Shown piece by piece: positions 1-11,081 of a DNA stretch of 64,000 bases. The stretch covers positions 29,888-93,887 of the forward strand of contig JAZRZN010000034.1 in assembly GCA_045601365.1 (NCBI GenBank). The letters are read 5' to 3'. Under the pieces are notes generated by a model. It saw only the letters and a list, made by a program, of their open reading frames with translations, ran no database searches and was not told the DNA's origin. How positions within the stretch are numbered: position 1 is the first letter of the stretch; the number at the start of each line of letters is the position of its first letter. The DNA comes from Clostridia bacterium (GTDB lineage Bacteria; Bacillota; Clostridia; Christensenellales; QALW01). Both the position numbers and the translations under genes were made by a program.

Positions 1-1227
1 ACGCGCCTTTGTATCGGCATCAAGATCGCTTCCGAACTGTGCAAACGACTGAAGCTCACGGTACTGCGAATACAGAAGCTTAAGCTCACCGGCAACCTTT
101 TTCATACCCTTGAGCTGTGCCGAGCCGCCGACACGGCTTACCGATATACCGGGGTTGATGGCAGGCATGATGCCCGAGTGGAACAGCTCGGTTTCAAGGA
201 ATATCTGTCCGTCGGTAATTGAAATAACGTTGGTCGGTATATACGCCGAAACGTCACCTGCCTGCGTTTCGATAACGGGAAGTGCGGTGATCGAACCGCC
301 GCCGTACTCATCGGCAACGCATGCCGCGCGTTCAAGCAAACGTGAATGCAAATAGAAAACATCTCCGGGGTACGCTTCACGTCCCGGCGGTCTGCGGATA
401 AGCAACGAAAGCGCTCTGTACGCCACCGCATGCTTTGAAAGATCATCGTATATTATAAGAACATCCTTGCCCTGCTCGCGGAAATACTCAGCCATTGCGC
501 ATCCCGAATACGGTGCTATATACTGGAGCGGTGCGCTTTCGGATGCGGACGCGGAAACGATGATGGTATAATCCATCGCGCCGTTGTTCTGAAGCTCCTG
601 TGCAAGCTGGACTACCGATGTGCTTTTCTGGCCGATTGCGACATAAATACAAAGTACATCTGTATTTTTTTGATTTATTATTGTGTCGATAACTATTTCG
701 GTCTTACCTGTTTGACGATCGCCTATCAACAGCTCACGCTGACCTCTGCCTATCGGGATCATGCTGTCGATAGCCTTGATACCGGTCTGGAGCGGTACCG
801 AAACGCTTTTACGTTCGATGATGCCCGGTGCTTCCGATTCTATCGGGCGTGTGTCTTTCGTATCGACAGGTCCTTTGCCGTCTATCGGATTGCCGAGTGC
901 ATCGACAACTCTGCCCAAAAGTGCTTCGCCCACAGGAACGGAAAGCACGCGACCTGTGCGGCGTACCTTCGTACCCTCACGGATATCGTTTTTATCCGCA
1001 AGTACGGCAACGGATACCGTCTCATTTTCAAGGTTTTGGGCAAGTCCCACACTGCCGTCCTCGAACTCAAGCAACTCACTTGCCATGCAACTGCGCAAAC
1101 CGTAAACACTTGCGATACCGTCGCCGACAAGCACGACCGTACCGGTTTCGGTCATTTCGACCTGTTCCTTATAAGAGCGTATCTGCTCCTTCAAAATATT
1201 ACTGATTTCCTCGGGTTTTCTGTTCAT
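1..1227 (-). CDS. atpA: F1Fo ATP synthase subunit alpha, first ~409 codons (3' end lies beyond window start)
   Basis: Absent from the ORF track because no stop codon falls in the window. My reverse-strand translation from ATG 1227 reads [19 protein letters not shown]...[18 protein letters not shown] (P-loop)...[31 protein letters not shown] overlap with the atpH stop; position fits atpIBEFHA order. Confidence 0.93.
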   Translation of the reverse strand, partial: MNRKPEEISNILKEQIRSYKEQVEMTETGTVVLVGDGIASVYGLRSCMASELLEFEDGSVGLAQNLENETVSVAVLADKNDIREGTKVRRTGRVLSVPVGEALLGRVVDALGNPIDGKGPVDTKDTRPIESEAPGIIERKSVSVPLQTGIKAIDSMIPIGRGQRELLIGDRQTGKTEIVIDTIINQKNTDVLCIYVAIGQKSTSVVQLAQELQNNGAMDYTIIVSASASESAPLQYIAPYSGCAMAEYFREQGKDVLIIYDDLSKHAVAYRALSLLIRRPPGREAYPGDVFYLHSRLLERAACVADEYGGGSITALPVIETQAGDVSAYIPTNVISITDGQIFLETELFHSGIMPAINPGISVSRVGGSAQLKGMKKVAGELKLLYSQYRELQSFAQFGSDLDADTKAR

Positions 1228-1760
1228 ACGTCCATCACTTCCTTAATGGTATGCAGACGGTGCTTGAGACTTCCGTCGATGATGATACCGTCCATTTCAA
1301 CGATCACGCCGCCCATCAGTGCGGGATCTGTCTTGTATTCAAGCTTGAGATTTTTACCCGTTCTTGCCTCAAGCCCCGCTTGCAGCTTTTCTTTTTCTGC
1401 TTCCGTAAGCTCCACGGCACATGTAACAAATGCATGACATATGTTCATATTGCGATCATAGAGCTTTTCAAATTCCTCGATGCACGATGGCAACAGCTCT
1501 GCATCGCCATGCTCGCAAAGGAGCAAAAGGAACGAAAGCACATGCTCGGGAACATCACAGAACGCATCGCGCACGGTATCAAGACGCACCTGCTTCGATA
1601 TTCCCGGTGAGCGCATGAATGCGTACAGCTCGGGAGTATTTTCGAAAACCTTTTTTACGAATAAAAGTCCCTCATAGATTTCGGACTCGCGCTGTTCCTC
1701 TCTTGCAAGCGAGAACAGTGCCACCGCATATTCCTTACTTGTCCCCGTCATCTTCTTCAC
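1224..1760 (-). CDS. atpH: ATP synthase subunit delta (OSCP)
   Basis: 178-aa ORF between atpF and atpA. Delta-like C-terminus ...[25 protein letters not shown]. 4-nt overlap with the atpA start. Confidence 0.85.
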   Translation of the reverse strand: MKKMTGTSKEYAVALFSLAREEQRESEIYEGLLFVKKVFENTPELYAFMRSPGISKQVRLDTVRDAFCDVPEHVLSFLLLLCEHGDAELLPSCIEEFEKLYDRNMNICHAFVTCAVELTEAEKEKLQAGLEARTGKNLKLEYKTDPALMGGVIVEMDGIIIDGSLKHRLHTIKEVMDV

Positions 1761-2250
1761 CCAATTCCGACAGGAAAGTATCTATCATTTGACGGTGATC
1801 TTCTGCGTTGATCTCACGGGCAAGCATTTTTTCCGACAGTGCCGCCGAAACGTCTATTATCTCCTGCTTTATTCCCGCCCTTGCTTTCTTCTTTTCAAGC
1901 TCCGCATCGTTCTCCGCCTGCTTGATTATGCGTTCTGCGCGTTCGTTCGTCTCTGCGATTATCGCATCCGAACGCTTCTGCGCGTTCTCCGACGCTTCCG
2001 ACAGGATGGCATTCGCGTTTTCTTCCGCCTCAAGCATTTTATTTTCCCACTGCTGTTTAAGGTCGTCTGCCGCCTTTTGTGCGGAATCAGCCTGTTCATA
2101 CTGTTGCTTTATAGCGTTTTCGCGGTCTGCGACAGCTTTTTTGACAGGCTTGAACAAGAACTTTTTCAAAATGAGAAAAAGTATAAGAAGATTGCAAAGC
2201 GAAATCAATATCTGCCACAGATTGACCGAAATGATCTCCAACGATTGCAT
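1735..2250 (-). CDS. atpF: ATP synthase subunit b
   Basis: 171 aa with a single N-terminal TM helix (LWQILISLCNLLILFLILKKFLF) followed by a long charged helical region (AEENANAILSEASENAQKRSDAII...). This is the b-subunit architecture and operon position. Confidence 0.85.
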   Translation of the reverse strand: MQSLEIISVNLWQILISLCNLLILFLILKKFLFKPVKKAVADRENAIKQQYEQADSAQKAADDLKQQWENKMLEAEENANAILSEASENAQKRSDAIIAETNERAERIIKQAENDAELEKKKARAGIKQEIIDVSAALSEKMLAREINAEDHRQMIDTFLSELGEEDDGDK

Positions 2251-2267
2251 GTTTTATTTCCTCCGAT

Positions 2268-3446
<1,179 letters not shown>

Positions 3447-3457
<11 letters not shown>

Positions 3458-3854
3458 TCTTCTCCCCTCCCGAATTTTCTTTTTTCATCATGAATCCCCT
3501 TATAAACAGTGCGATACGCGGAAAGAACAGTGATATAAGCAACGCCGCGGTATCAAAACACGGCAGTGCTATTCCTGCCGCAACTACCGCGACTATCATC
3601 ATATTGCGCAAGGTGCGCGAAAGCTTCATCGTATTTTTTGCCTGCTCCTCATCCTTTGTAACGGCTTTTTGAAGCGTGATACCGAGCAAAAGGAAATTTG
3701 CTGTCGCAAGCAGTGCGCCGAGAAGATTTCCGAAAAGCACAAATATGCTCCACTTTCCGATAACAAGGAACACCGCCTGCATCAGTGCGCTTAAAACGCT
3801 TGTGACGGACGCAACGAATACAGTTTCTTTTTTCACCGTTGCATCAAGCTTCAT
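3447..3854 (-). CDS. atpI: ATP synthase protein I-like small membrane protein
   Basis: 135-aa hydrophobic protein as the first gene of the atp operon, overlapping the atpB start. Called from position and hydrophobicity only. Confidence 0.6.
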
Positions 3855-3928
3855 ATCGTGCGATCCACCCTTCTTTTTTTACCGACGGCATACGAAAGCT
3901 ATTTTGTAAGACTTTCATCTTATATTAT

Positions 3929-3957
3929 ACTTTATCACATTTTTGATATTCTGGCAA
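3929..3957 (-). promoter_or_regulatory. candidate sigma-A promoter of the atp operon
   Basis: On the minus strand: TTGCCA (3957-3952), 17-nt spacer, TGaTAAAGT extended -10 (3934-3929). Confidence 0.4.
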
Positions 3958-3976
3958 GGGAAATCGGCCTGTTCGC

Positions 3977-4435
3977 TCATTCGTTTTTCTTGAGCAAATT
4001 ACTCAGTTCCTGCATAAATGAATCTATATCCTTGAATTCGCGGTAAACCGACGCAAAGCGCACATACGCCACCTGATCAAGCTTCATAAGCTTGTCCATT
4101 ATAAGCTCGCCGATTGCCATTGAGCTTATTTCATGCTCAACTCCGGAATAGACCTCGCGTTCGATATCATTTACTACACGTTCAATGTCATCAGCCGAAA
4201 CCTTGCATTTTTCGCATGCCTTGACGATACCGCGGCGTATCTTTTCAACGTCGAACATCTGTCTGCTTCCGTCTTTTTTCACTACCATAACAGGCGACAT
4301 TTCAGCCTTTTCATAAGTCGTGAAGCGCTTGCCGCACTCGGGGCATTCGCGTCTGCGGCGAATAACGCTTCCCTCGTCCGTCGGGCGTGAATCCAAAACC
4401 CTGCTGTCAAGGCATCCGCAATACACACATTTCAT
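3977..4435 (-). CDS. nrdR: transcriptional repressor NrdR
   Basis: MKCVYCG...CPECGKRFTTYE zinc ribbon followed by an ATP-cone (VVKKDGSRQMFDVEKIRRGI...YVRFASVYREF). Start moved to MKC, the usual NrdR N-terminus. Confidence 0.92.
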   Translation of the reverse strand: MKCVYCGCLDSRVLDSRPTDEGSVIRRRRECPECGKRFTTYEKAEMSPVMVVKKDGSRQMFDVEKIRRGIVKACEKCKVSADDIERVVNDIEREVYSGVEHEISSMAIGELIMDKLMKLDQVAYVRFASVYREFKDIDSFMQELSNLLKKNE

Positions 4436-4456
4436 AAAAAATCTCCTCAAAAAAAA

Positions 4457-5227
4457 TCAAATTTCATCTGTTTTTATAAGTTTTTCATATAGCAAAAGCG
4501 TACGCGCATCATTTTTTGATGACATGATCTCTACATTGCCCTTTCCGTCGCTTCTCCGTTTAAGCCCGCATTGCTCAAGCACATCCTTAAGATGTGACAC
4601 CGTTCCTTCGATGCCGTCGAATATTACGATATCGCCAAAGCATTCACATATCCTTTTTTTAATAAACGGATAATGTGTACACCCCAACACCGCCGCAGTA
4701 GCGCCGATACCCTTATATTGCCGCAACAGTTCTTCGATATATCCGCGCACATCGCACTCGGAGAATACCGCCTGCTCGATTTTTCCCGCAAGATAAGCGC
4801 ACGGTACTTTGATGACGCGCCCGGATGTATCGTATTTCGCTATCAGCGAATTTACCCGTTCCGACGAAAGCGTGACGTTCGTTGCAAGCAGAAGCACCTT
4901 GCCGTCCGTGTTTTCAAGTGCGGGCTTGATCGCGGGTTCCATGCTGATTATCGGGATATCAAGCTCACGACGCAGGGTATCGACGCAAATGCTTGTCGCC
5001 GTATTGCACGCGATAACGATAGCCTTTACGCCTTTTTCAACAAGCGTGTTCACTGCGTTTTCGGTGAGCTTAAACACCTCATCGCGGCTTTTTGTTCCGT
5101 AAGGCGCGTTGAGCGAATCACCGAAATATATGTAGTTTTCCTCGGGCATGACCTCAAGCGCACGCCGCAGAACGGAAAGTCCGCCAACGCCCGAATCAAA
5201 AAAGCCTATGGGAGAATCGTTCATCAT
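4457..5227 (-). CDS. murI: glutamate racemase
   Basis: GFFDSGVGGLSV, IACNTATS and LGCTHYP motifs carrying the two catalytic Cys. 256 aa. Confidence 0.92.
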   Translation of the reverse strand: MMNDSPIGFFDSGVGGLSVLRRALEVMPEENYIYFGDSLNAPYGTKSRDEVFKLTENAVNTLVEKGVKAIVIACNTATSICVDTLRRELDIPIISMEPAIKPALENTDGKVLLLATNVTLSSERVNSLIAKYDTSGRVIKVPCAYLAGKIEQAVFSECDVRGYIEELLRQYKGIGATAAVLGCTHYPFIKKRICECFGDIVIFDGIEGTVSHLKDVLEQCGLKRRSDGKGNVEIMSSKNDARTLLLYEKLIKTDEI

Positions 5228-5236
5228 ATCACCGGA

Positions 5237-7000
5237 TCAGTATAAATCAAATGAGAATATATGAGCATTTTCCGTTCCCCACGTCGTCTGCGGAACAAGG
5301 GAAATGCTCTTTACGCAAGCGTCGATAACTATCTCATTCATGCGCCTGATATTATTTTCAAAATGCTTGACTTCGGTTTTGCCGTCAGCATATGTCACTT
5401 CAAGCGAAAAGCTCTTGACAAGCGTTTTCGGCACGCACATTTTGGGCGAATCCTTCAATATATTGCACCGCATGCTGTGATATGTCTCATACCAATCTCC
5501 GGGAAGCGTCAAGCGGTCAAGATCACTGTCGAAAACTATATGCGCGATCTCAACATACGCAGGCTCGGAAAATGTATATGTGACCTTTTCGCCGAGTCCG
5601 ACGGTCACGCCGTTATCGTCTTTGCCGTAGAGCGGATTGTTTCTGTCGATGCCGTTAGAGAGCTTTTGGGCATTCTCACAGCTCGAAAGCGTTGCCTGTT
5701 TTGTAGGCTTGCCGACCTCGCGCACAAGATACGGAATAAAGCAATCCGCACGCAGAAGCTTTTGCTGTAATTCTTCGATATAGAAATCATGCACTCCCTG
5801 CGGATCGGTGTTGTAATCTACCGCAAGCGAAGCCGCGGTACCCACCGCCTGACCGAGTACGGCGCATGTCATCATCACGCGTGTGGAGCTGAGTGCCGCA
5901 TGCGTCGTGCTGATGTTTCTTCCGGCAAAGAACAGATTTTCGACATTTGCCGAATACAGACATCTGTACGGAATGCCGTATATGCCCTTTGTATCGCCCC
6001 AAACGTTCGGTGCGCCCGCATGATAAAAGCCGCGCGGGTCATGATCGTCAAGTCCCCAGCCGCCGTAAGCGACATTATCGTCAAAATGTCCGCCGTCGAT
6101 AACGTCCGATTGCGTAAGGGTATATGCGCCGACCATTCTGCGCGATTCGCGTTTACCCGGCAAAAAGCCCAAGAACTCAAGCTGCCACTTTGAAGCCTCG
6201 GGGAATTTTCCGCTGTTCTTATATTTATTCCAGAAACCGTAAGCAAGCGCGACAAGCTCATCGCGCGTCTTTTCGGTATCGGCTATCGAATCTCCCGTGC
6301 CGCCAAGCTCAAGATACCAGAAATTCTCCGCCGGATGCTCCATGTGCGGCATACGCAGTTCAAGTTCCGCGTCAGATATTTCCGTCGCCCACTCCGGCGC
6401 GATGAACTCGATATCCTCATCCGTCTGCCGCGCCTGAATAAGGCACGAAAGTCCCATCGTTTGCTTATCCGCCACCTTGACAGATGTTTTTTCGTTAAAT
6501 TCTTCGCACGCCTCACGTCCGACACGGTACTGTGCATGCGTAAGCGGCGCAAGTATGCTGTCGCCCGAGCAATCCGCAAAGAATTTTGCGTTTATCTGAT
6601 GCCACGTCTGAGTTGTCATCTGCCACGCAACGACCGTCTTTATTCTGCCGCCCTCCATATCGACATCGCATGCCGACGTATTGAGAAGCAGCTCTATATT
6701 CTTCTCCGCCTTAAGCTTTCCGTACAGAATACTGTCCCATATTGAATAATTCTTGTACGGATTTCTGTAAAGCGATTCAAGATTTATTTCCTCGATAATG
6801 CCCGTTTCGCGGTTGTTTTCGCCCTGCGCACCGCACACCCACATGCGTATCTCGCTCGAAGCGTTGCCGCCCGGCATCGGACGTTCATGCACAAGTGCAA
6901 CGGTCTTTCCCTCGCGTGCCGCCGCTATCGCCGCGCACATTCCCGCAAGCCCGCCGCCGACAACACAAAAATCGACATCATGTACAATAGTTTTAAGCAT
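5237..7000 (-). CDS. FAD-dependent oxidoreductase (PF12831-like), glycan-locus associated
   Basis: N-terminal dinucleotide fold DFCVVGGGLAGMCAAIAAAREGKTVALVHERPMPGGN. Start set at MLKTIV (7000), preceded by GGAGGTG; the longer track ORF to 7102 would run through a terminator. Confidence 0.75.
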   Translation of the reverse strand: MLKTIVHDVDFCVVGGGLAGMCAAIAAAREGKTVALVHERPMPGGNASSEIRMWVCGAQGENNRETGIIEEINLESLYRNPYKNYSIWDSILYGKLKAEKNIELLLNTSACDVDMEGGRIKTVVAWQMTTQTWHQINAKFFADCSGDSILAPLTHAQYRVGREACEEFNEKTSVKVADKQTMGLSCLIQARQTDEDIEFIAPEWATEISDAELELRMPHMEHPAENFWYLELGGTGDSIADTEKTRDELVALAYGFWNKYKNSGKFPEASKWQLEFLGFLPGKRESRRMVGAYTLTQSDVIDGGHFDDNVAYGGWGLDDHDPRGFYHAGAPNVWGDTKGIYGIPYRCLYSANVENLFFAGRNISTTHAALSSTRVMMTCAVLGQAVGTAASLAVDYNTDPQGVHDFYIEELQQKLLRADCFIPYLVREVGKPTKQATLSSCENAQKLSNGIDRNNPLYGKDDNGVTVGLGEKVTYTFSEPAYVEIAHIVFDSDLDRLTLPGDWYETYHSMRCNILKDSPKMCVPKTLVKSFSLEVTYADGKTEVKHFENNIRRMNEIVIDACVKSISLVPQTTWGTENAHIFSFDLY

Positions 7001-7028
7001 CTCACACCTCCGAAACGTCGTTGCATGA

Positions 7029-7057
7029 ATTATAACATTATTTATTGGAATTTGCAA
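7029..7057 (-). promoter_or_regulatory. sigma-A promoter of the FAD oxidoreductase gene
   Basis: Minus strand: TTGCAA (7057-7052), 17 nt, TGtTATAAT (TATAAT = 7034-7029). Confidence 0.6.
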
Positions 7058-7059
7058 GC

Positions 7060-7093
7060 AAAAAAACATCCCGGTATTCGGAAATACCGGGAT
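7060..7093 (-). terminator. rho-independent terminator after the GH140-like gene
   Basis: Perfect 10-bp stem ATCCCGGTAT/ATACCGGGAT (7068-7077 / 7084-7093), followed on the minus strand by a T7 run (7060-7066). Confidence 0.8.
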
Positions 7094-7115
7094 ATCGAAC
7101 AAATGTCGAATCGCT

Positions 7116-9047
7116 TTATTTGCTCTTGCAGATATACAGCACAGCGTCGGAGGTTATCTTTTCACCTACCGCGAACGTGCCGCTCTTATCGGTCTTGAAG
7201 CTGCCCGATGAAAGCTTTGTACCGTGTACCGGGTCGAACCAAACATATACATAATCGGTGTTCGGCATCAGCGATGCAACGGTACCTGTCTTTTTTGCAT
7301 CGGCTTCGCTTGCATTCGGCTTTTCGGCAAGTGACGCGTCGGAGAAATTATAGAAATACAGAAGTGCCCGCGATGAATCCTCCGTGCTTGCCATGCAGTA
7401 AAGCACCTTATCGTTTTCCGGTGCAAAATACGCCGTATCATCAAAGCGCGGAATGAATTTCTGCCAATCACCTACCGTATGCTCAAGGAAATCACGCATA
7501 TATGTCATCTGATATGTGCTTTCGAACTCAAGCGCATCCTGCCATGTTGCATTCTTTTTGTCAGCCGCGGTAACGACGTCTACGCGGTCATAGTTGCAAT
7601 CCTGGTCCTCGTCATAGGTGCTTTTATAGCTCCATGTATCCTGACCGCCCCAGCCGTAGCCGCACCCGCCGCACAAGAATGCCATCCATCCCTGCGCGCG
7701 TGCGCCGAAATTCTTTGTCCACAGATAGCAGTAATAGCCCTCGTAATCGACCATCGGCTTGCCCTGTCCGTTCTCCCAAAAATCCTTGAGCGGAGTATAG
7801 TCGATGTTTTCATTAAAGCGAAGCCATTTCCACTGCGCCGCGTACCAAGTATGCGCACTGCACTCCCTGAACGCCGAATTTGAAGCGGCGGTAGTGTTCA
7901 TGCCCTCCTGATGCGCCGAAAGCGGATGCGCATAAGCATCGTACTTACCGAAGCAATCGGCGATGTACACGAACGGATTGTTGACATACGACCATTCCTT
8001 GTGGCTTGTCGGCTTCCAATAGAAATCGTCATCGACCTCTTGTCCGAGCGTCCACATAACGGGATACGCGCCGTAGCGTGCCGTCCAATAGCGTGTGAGC
8101 TTTTCAAGCTCTTCCTTGACACCGTCGGAAAGATCGTACATGTCCTCGACCGCAGGCGGATCCTTGCATATCGCCGTGCCGACCTTTACGGAAGTGTATC
8201 CGCCGAACTTTTTGATAAAGTTCTCCATTGCCGACGGGAAAAACAGCGAAGCATTTGTATGAAGCATGCCTTTATCCGCTATCTCGATAAAATACTTGTC
8301 GAATTTTTTAAGTCCCGAAATATCCGCTGTCGAAAGTCCGTCAGATAAATCGAACGATGCACCGAGCGGTTCGCTCTGCATTACGGTAAAGCCCTGCTCC
8401 GCACGCTTTTTAACGACCGTTGCGAAATTATCTATCGGCTCGCTTCCCATACTCCAATGAGTATCGCCGAGATAGAAGAACGGTGTGCCGTCATCATACA
8501 TAAAATATTTTGTGTTCGGGCTTGTCTTTACGAAGCCGTGCTTATAGATATCAAGCTCTCCCCGGTACTGCTCGCATGTAAGGCTTCCCTTTATTCCGTG
8601 AAGTCCGGGATCCGATGTATTACTGCAAACGGTCTCGTACGTCCATTCTCCCGCCGTGGGGCAGACGAAGCGCACACGCCAAACGCTTTTGCCGTCCCAG
8701 AAGCCCGGCAATGTATACGTTTTGTCGCCGTTGGAAAGACGCATATCAAGCGTGACTTCCTCAAACGGCTTTTTATACTCGGCGGTGCTGTTGAGTACAA
8801 GCTCATTGACCACCCAAGTATATGCATGCGTTACTTCATTCGGCTCAGTGCCGATATCATATGTGATGCCAAGTTCATCCTTTAATGAGATACATTTATG
8901 CTCAACTGTATTATTTTGCATAAGCATTTCCTCTGTCACTACGGTTTCATTCCCGGAAGCACTGCCTCCGTTTTTTCCCGAACAGCCCGAAAGCATGATC
9001 GAAGCAAGCACAAGCGCGCTTACGGTAGCTAAAAATATTTTTCTCAT
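7116..9047 (-). CDS. DUF5060/DUF4038 (GH140-like) lipoprotein
   Basis: Lipobox LASIMLSGC. Carries PGFWDGKSVWRVRF...DIYKHGFV...YDDGTPFFYLGDTHW...YGAYPVMWTLGQE...YCYLWTKNFGARAQGW. Start at MRKIFL (9047) forms an ATGA overlap with the upstream stop. Paralog of 29621-31465. Confidence 0.65.
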   Translation of the reverse strand: MRKIFLATVSALVLASIMLSGCSGKNGGSASGNETVVTEEMLMQNNTVEHKCISLKDELGITYDIGTEPNEVTHAYTWVVNELVLNSTAEYKKPFEEVTLDMRLSNGDKTYTLPGFWDGKSVWRVRFVCPTAGEWTYETVCSNTSDPGLHGIKGSLTCEQYRGELDIYKHGFVKTSPNTKYFMYDDGTPFFYLGDTHWSMGSEPIDNFATVVKKRAEQGFTVMQSEPLGASFDLSDGLSTADISGLKKFDKYFIEIADKGMLHTNASLFFPSAMENFIKKFGGYTSVKVGTAICKDPPAVEDMYDLSDGVKEELEKLTRYWTARYGAYPVMWTLGQEVDDDFYWKPTSHKEWSYVNNPFVYIADCFGKYDAYAHPLSAHQEGMNTTAASNSAFRECSAHTWYAAQWKWLRFNENIDYTPLKDFWENGQGKPMVDYEGYYCYLWTKNFGARAQGWMAFLCGGCGYGWGGQDTWSYKSTYDEDQDCNYDRVDVVTAADKKNATWQDALEFESTYQMTYMRDFLEHTVGDWQKFIPRFDDTAYFAPENDKVLYCMASTEDSSRALLYFYNFSDASLAEKPNASEADAKKTGTVASLMPNTDYVYVWFDPVHGTKLSSGSFKTDKSGTFAVGEKITSDAVLYICKSK

Positions 9048-9883
9048 AATTCCATCCATTCATTAAGATTTTTTTCAGCCTTGAGACAAGCATCGCGCAA
9101 GCGCATGACCTCAAGTGTTTGATTTGAATCGAACGGTTTTTTGCCCGTTTCGAAGAAACGCAGGATATCGCAAATAAGCTCAAAGAAAAACTCCGATCTT
9201 ATATCCGCGCGCCTTGACTTCCCGGAAGAATCCTCGGCAAGCACCGAAAATCCGAGCGGCGGTGAAAAGATAAGCATTGCCTCTTCCCCGTTTTCCGCCT
9301 CGGCACGGCAGAAGAGCTGCTGTCCGAGCTTTTCTGCCCTGACGCGCTTTACACGCGTTTTAAGCAAAACTATCGCCATCTCGATCATGTGTATCGAATA
9401 TTCGTCGAATGTTCTGCCTCCGCCCGTCAGCACAAGCTTTTTGACATCGGTGAAGGTTTTAAGCTCCTCCGCGTAGCGAAGCGCCGACGTACTGAAAAAC
9501 GGTGTGCCGTATTTATCTCCCAACGCGAATATTTTTTCGGCTGTTTCAAGATTCTGGGCAAAGGTCTTGTCGATATATGTGCGCTTTTTGTATTTAAGCA
9601 CGGTTTCTGCATATCCGAGATGCTTATCGGGATCGGACGGTGCAAGCACGATCAAATAATCGCTCTTTTCGCAAAGCTCATCAAGCGTCGCACAGCGCTT
9701 GACTCCCATTTTTTCGCACCATTCATCCGTTGTAATGTTCTCGACGGGCGATGTATCCTGCTCCGCCCAAGCGTATTCGACATGATAATCAAGTCCGAGC
9801 TTCTCACTTGCCGCATTTATCCATTTCGGATAGTTATCCGCATGCCACTCGCCCAAATAAAAATCCGCGAAGCCTATTTTCAT
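9044..9883 (-). CDS. Gfo/Idh/MocA-like protein with degenerate nucleotide-binding motifs
   Basis: 279 aa. Overall layout matches the neighbouring oxidoreductase, but the N-terminus reads MKIGFADFYLGEWHADNY (no GxGxxG) and IDKTF replaces the CEKP motif. ATGA overlaps on both sides. Confidence 0.5.
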   Translation of the reverse strand: MKIGFADFYLGEWHADNYPKWINAASEKLGLDYHVEYAWAEQDTSPVENITTDEWCEKMGVKRCATLDELCEKSDYLIVLAPSDPDKHLGYAETVLKYKKRTYIDKTFAQNLETAEKIFALGDKYGTPFFSTSALRYAEELKTFTDVKKLVLTGGGRTFDEYSIHMIEMAIVLLKTRVKRVRAEKLGQQLFCRAEAENGEEAMLIFSPPLGFSVLAEDSSGKSRRADIRSEFFFELICDILRFFETGKKPFDSNQTLEVMRLRDACLKAEKNLNEWMEL

Positions 9884-10935
9884 AATTCGATTTCCTTTCC
9901 GATTTCGGCGGAGCGATAAAGTGAATCAAGCAGCTTTGCGCTTTCAAGAACATTGTCGATGTTACTGCGCGTCTTTTCGCCCGTGGTGATAGATTCTATA
10001 AATGCGTTGTCCTCGCAAAGATACATATCGGGGATATCGTATTCGGGCGTAACGGCTTCCAGCGTCTGAGCGTCATAAACCTCAAACTTACCGCCGTAGG
10101 TAAGTCTTGCGCCCTTTTTATCGCCGAGGAAGTCTATGAACATTTCATTCTTGTCAAGGTTTTGCGCCCATGCGCCGTTGAACGAGATGCTTGCCTTGTC
10201 GGTGCGGATATAGCCCGTGATGAAGTCATCGACATCGTTCGTGCCGTTCTCAAAATCGGCTGTATCCTCAGCCCACATGCTGTTATATTTGTAAGCTTTC
10301 ATATCCTTTGCCATTTCGGAATATGCGTCACAGGTAAGATTTTTGAGCTTTGCACCGCCGAGAATGTAAAGTATAAGGTCAAGGAAATGAACGCCCCAAT
10401 CAATAAGCACGCCGCCGCCCGACTGCGATTTTGTGGTGAACGCTCCGCCGAGTCCGGGTATACTGCGGAACGAACGGAACGAGCAATAAACGTGATACAG
10501 ATTGCCGAATTCACCGTTACGGTACATTTCCTCAAGCATTTCAACCGATTTATGATATCTGTTGCACACGCCGATGTTGAGGATTTTGCCCTGCTTGTCC
10601 GCTTCGTCCTTCATTTCCTTTGAAAGCGCGTAATTGACCGTTATCGGCTTTTCGCAGAAAACATGCTTGCCCGCCTTGAGCGCATCCATCGTTACGGTAT
10701 AGTGCGCGTAATTCGGAGTAAGCACATACACCGCATCGACCTCGGGATCGTCAAGTGCGACCTTGTAATCGGTAATGGCATTTTCTATAAACGGATAATC
10801 CGCCTTTGCCTTTTCCGCTTTTTCGGGAATAATATCGCACGCGTATTTCACACGGATATTATCCATCTTGGCAAACGCCGGCAAATGCGCACCGTTTGCG
10901 ATGCGTCCGCATCCTACAACTGCAATAACTTTCAT
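9880..10935 (-). CDS. Gfo/Idh/MocA family NAD(P)-dependent oxidoreductase
   Basis: MKVIAVVGCGRIANGAHLPAF Rossmann start and HVFCEKPIT motif. 351 aa; AGGAGG RBS. Confidence 0.85.
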   Translation of the reverse strand: MKVIAVVGCGRIANGAHLPAFAKMDNIRVKYACDIIPEKAEKAKADYPFIENAITDYKVALDDPEVDAVYVLTPNYAHYTVTMDALKAGKHVFCEKPITVNYALSKEMKDEADKQGKILNIGVCNRYHKSVEMLEEMYRNGEFGNLYHVYCSFRSFRSIPGLGGAFTTKSQSGGGVLIDWGVHFLDLILYILGGAKLKNLTCDAYSEMAKDMKAYKYNSMWAEDTADFENGTNDVDDFITGYIRTDKASISFNGAWAQNLDKNEMFIDFLGDKKGARLTYGGKFEVYDAQTLEAVTPEYDIPDMYLCEDNAFIESITTGEKTRSNIDNVLESAKLLDSLYRSAEIGKEIEL

Positions 10936-10965
10936 AAAAAGACCTCCTTACGGTTCGTTTTCCTT

Positions 10966-10994
10966 ATTATACACTTTTATCTGCTTTGTGTAAA
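10966..10994 (-). promoter_or_regulatory. sigma-A promoter of the Gfo/Gfo-like/GH140-like operon
   Basis: Minus strand: TTTACA (10994-10989), 17 nt, gTGTATAAT (TATAAT = 10971-10966). Confidence 0.55.
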
Positions 10995-11036
10995 TATCTT
11001 TATTTAATAAAAAAGATAGCTTTTTTTCAGTTTGTA

Positions 11037-11064
11037 TTGACACAAAAAACAAATATGTTAAAAT
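11037..11064 (+). promoter_or_regulatory. sigma-A promoter of the AraC-family gene
   Basis: TTGACA (11037-11042), 16 nt, TGtTAAAAT (11059-11064). Confidence 0.55.
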
Positions 11065-11081
11065 GAATGTGAGGTGATGAC

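Noticed and set aside
5237-7102. Longer N-terminal extensions offered by the ORF track. Examples: FAD oxidoreductase to 7102, glgB to 57488, DeoR from 43665, M23 from 57469, lepB from 25611, PepV fusion from 23456, DUF2344 to 37141, PHP-like from 27687.
   Set aside because: In each case an internal Met has a well-spaced Shine-Dalgarno sequence and/or forms an ATGA overlap with the upstream stop. The extended versions would cross terminators, promoters or the preceding gene.
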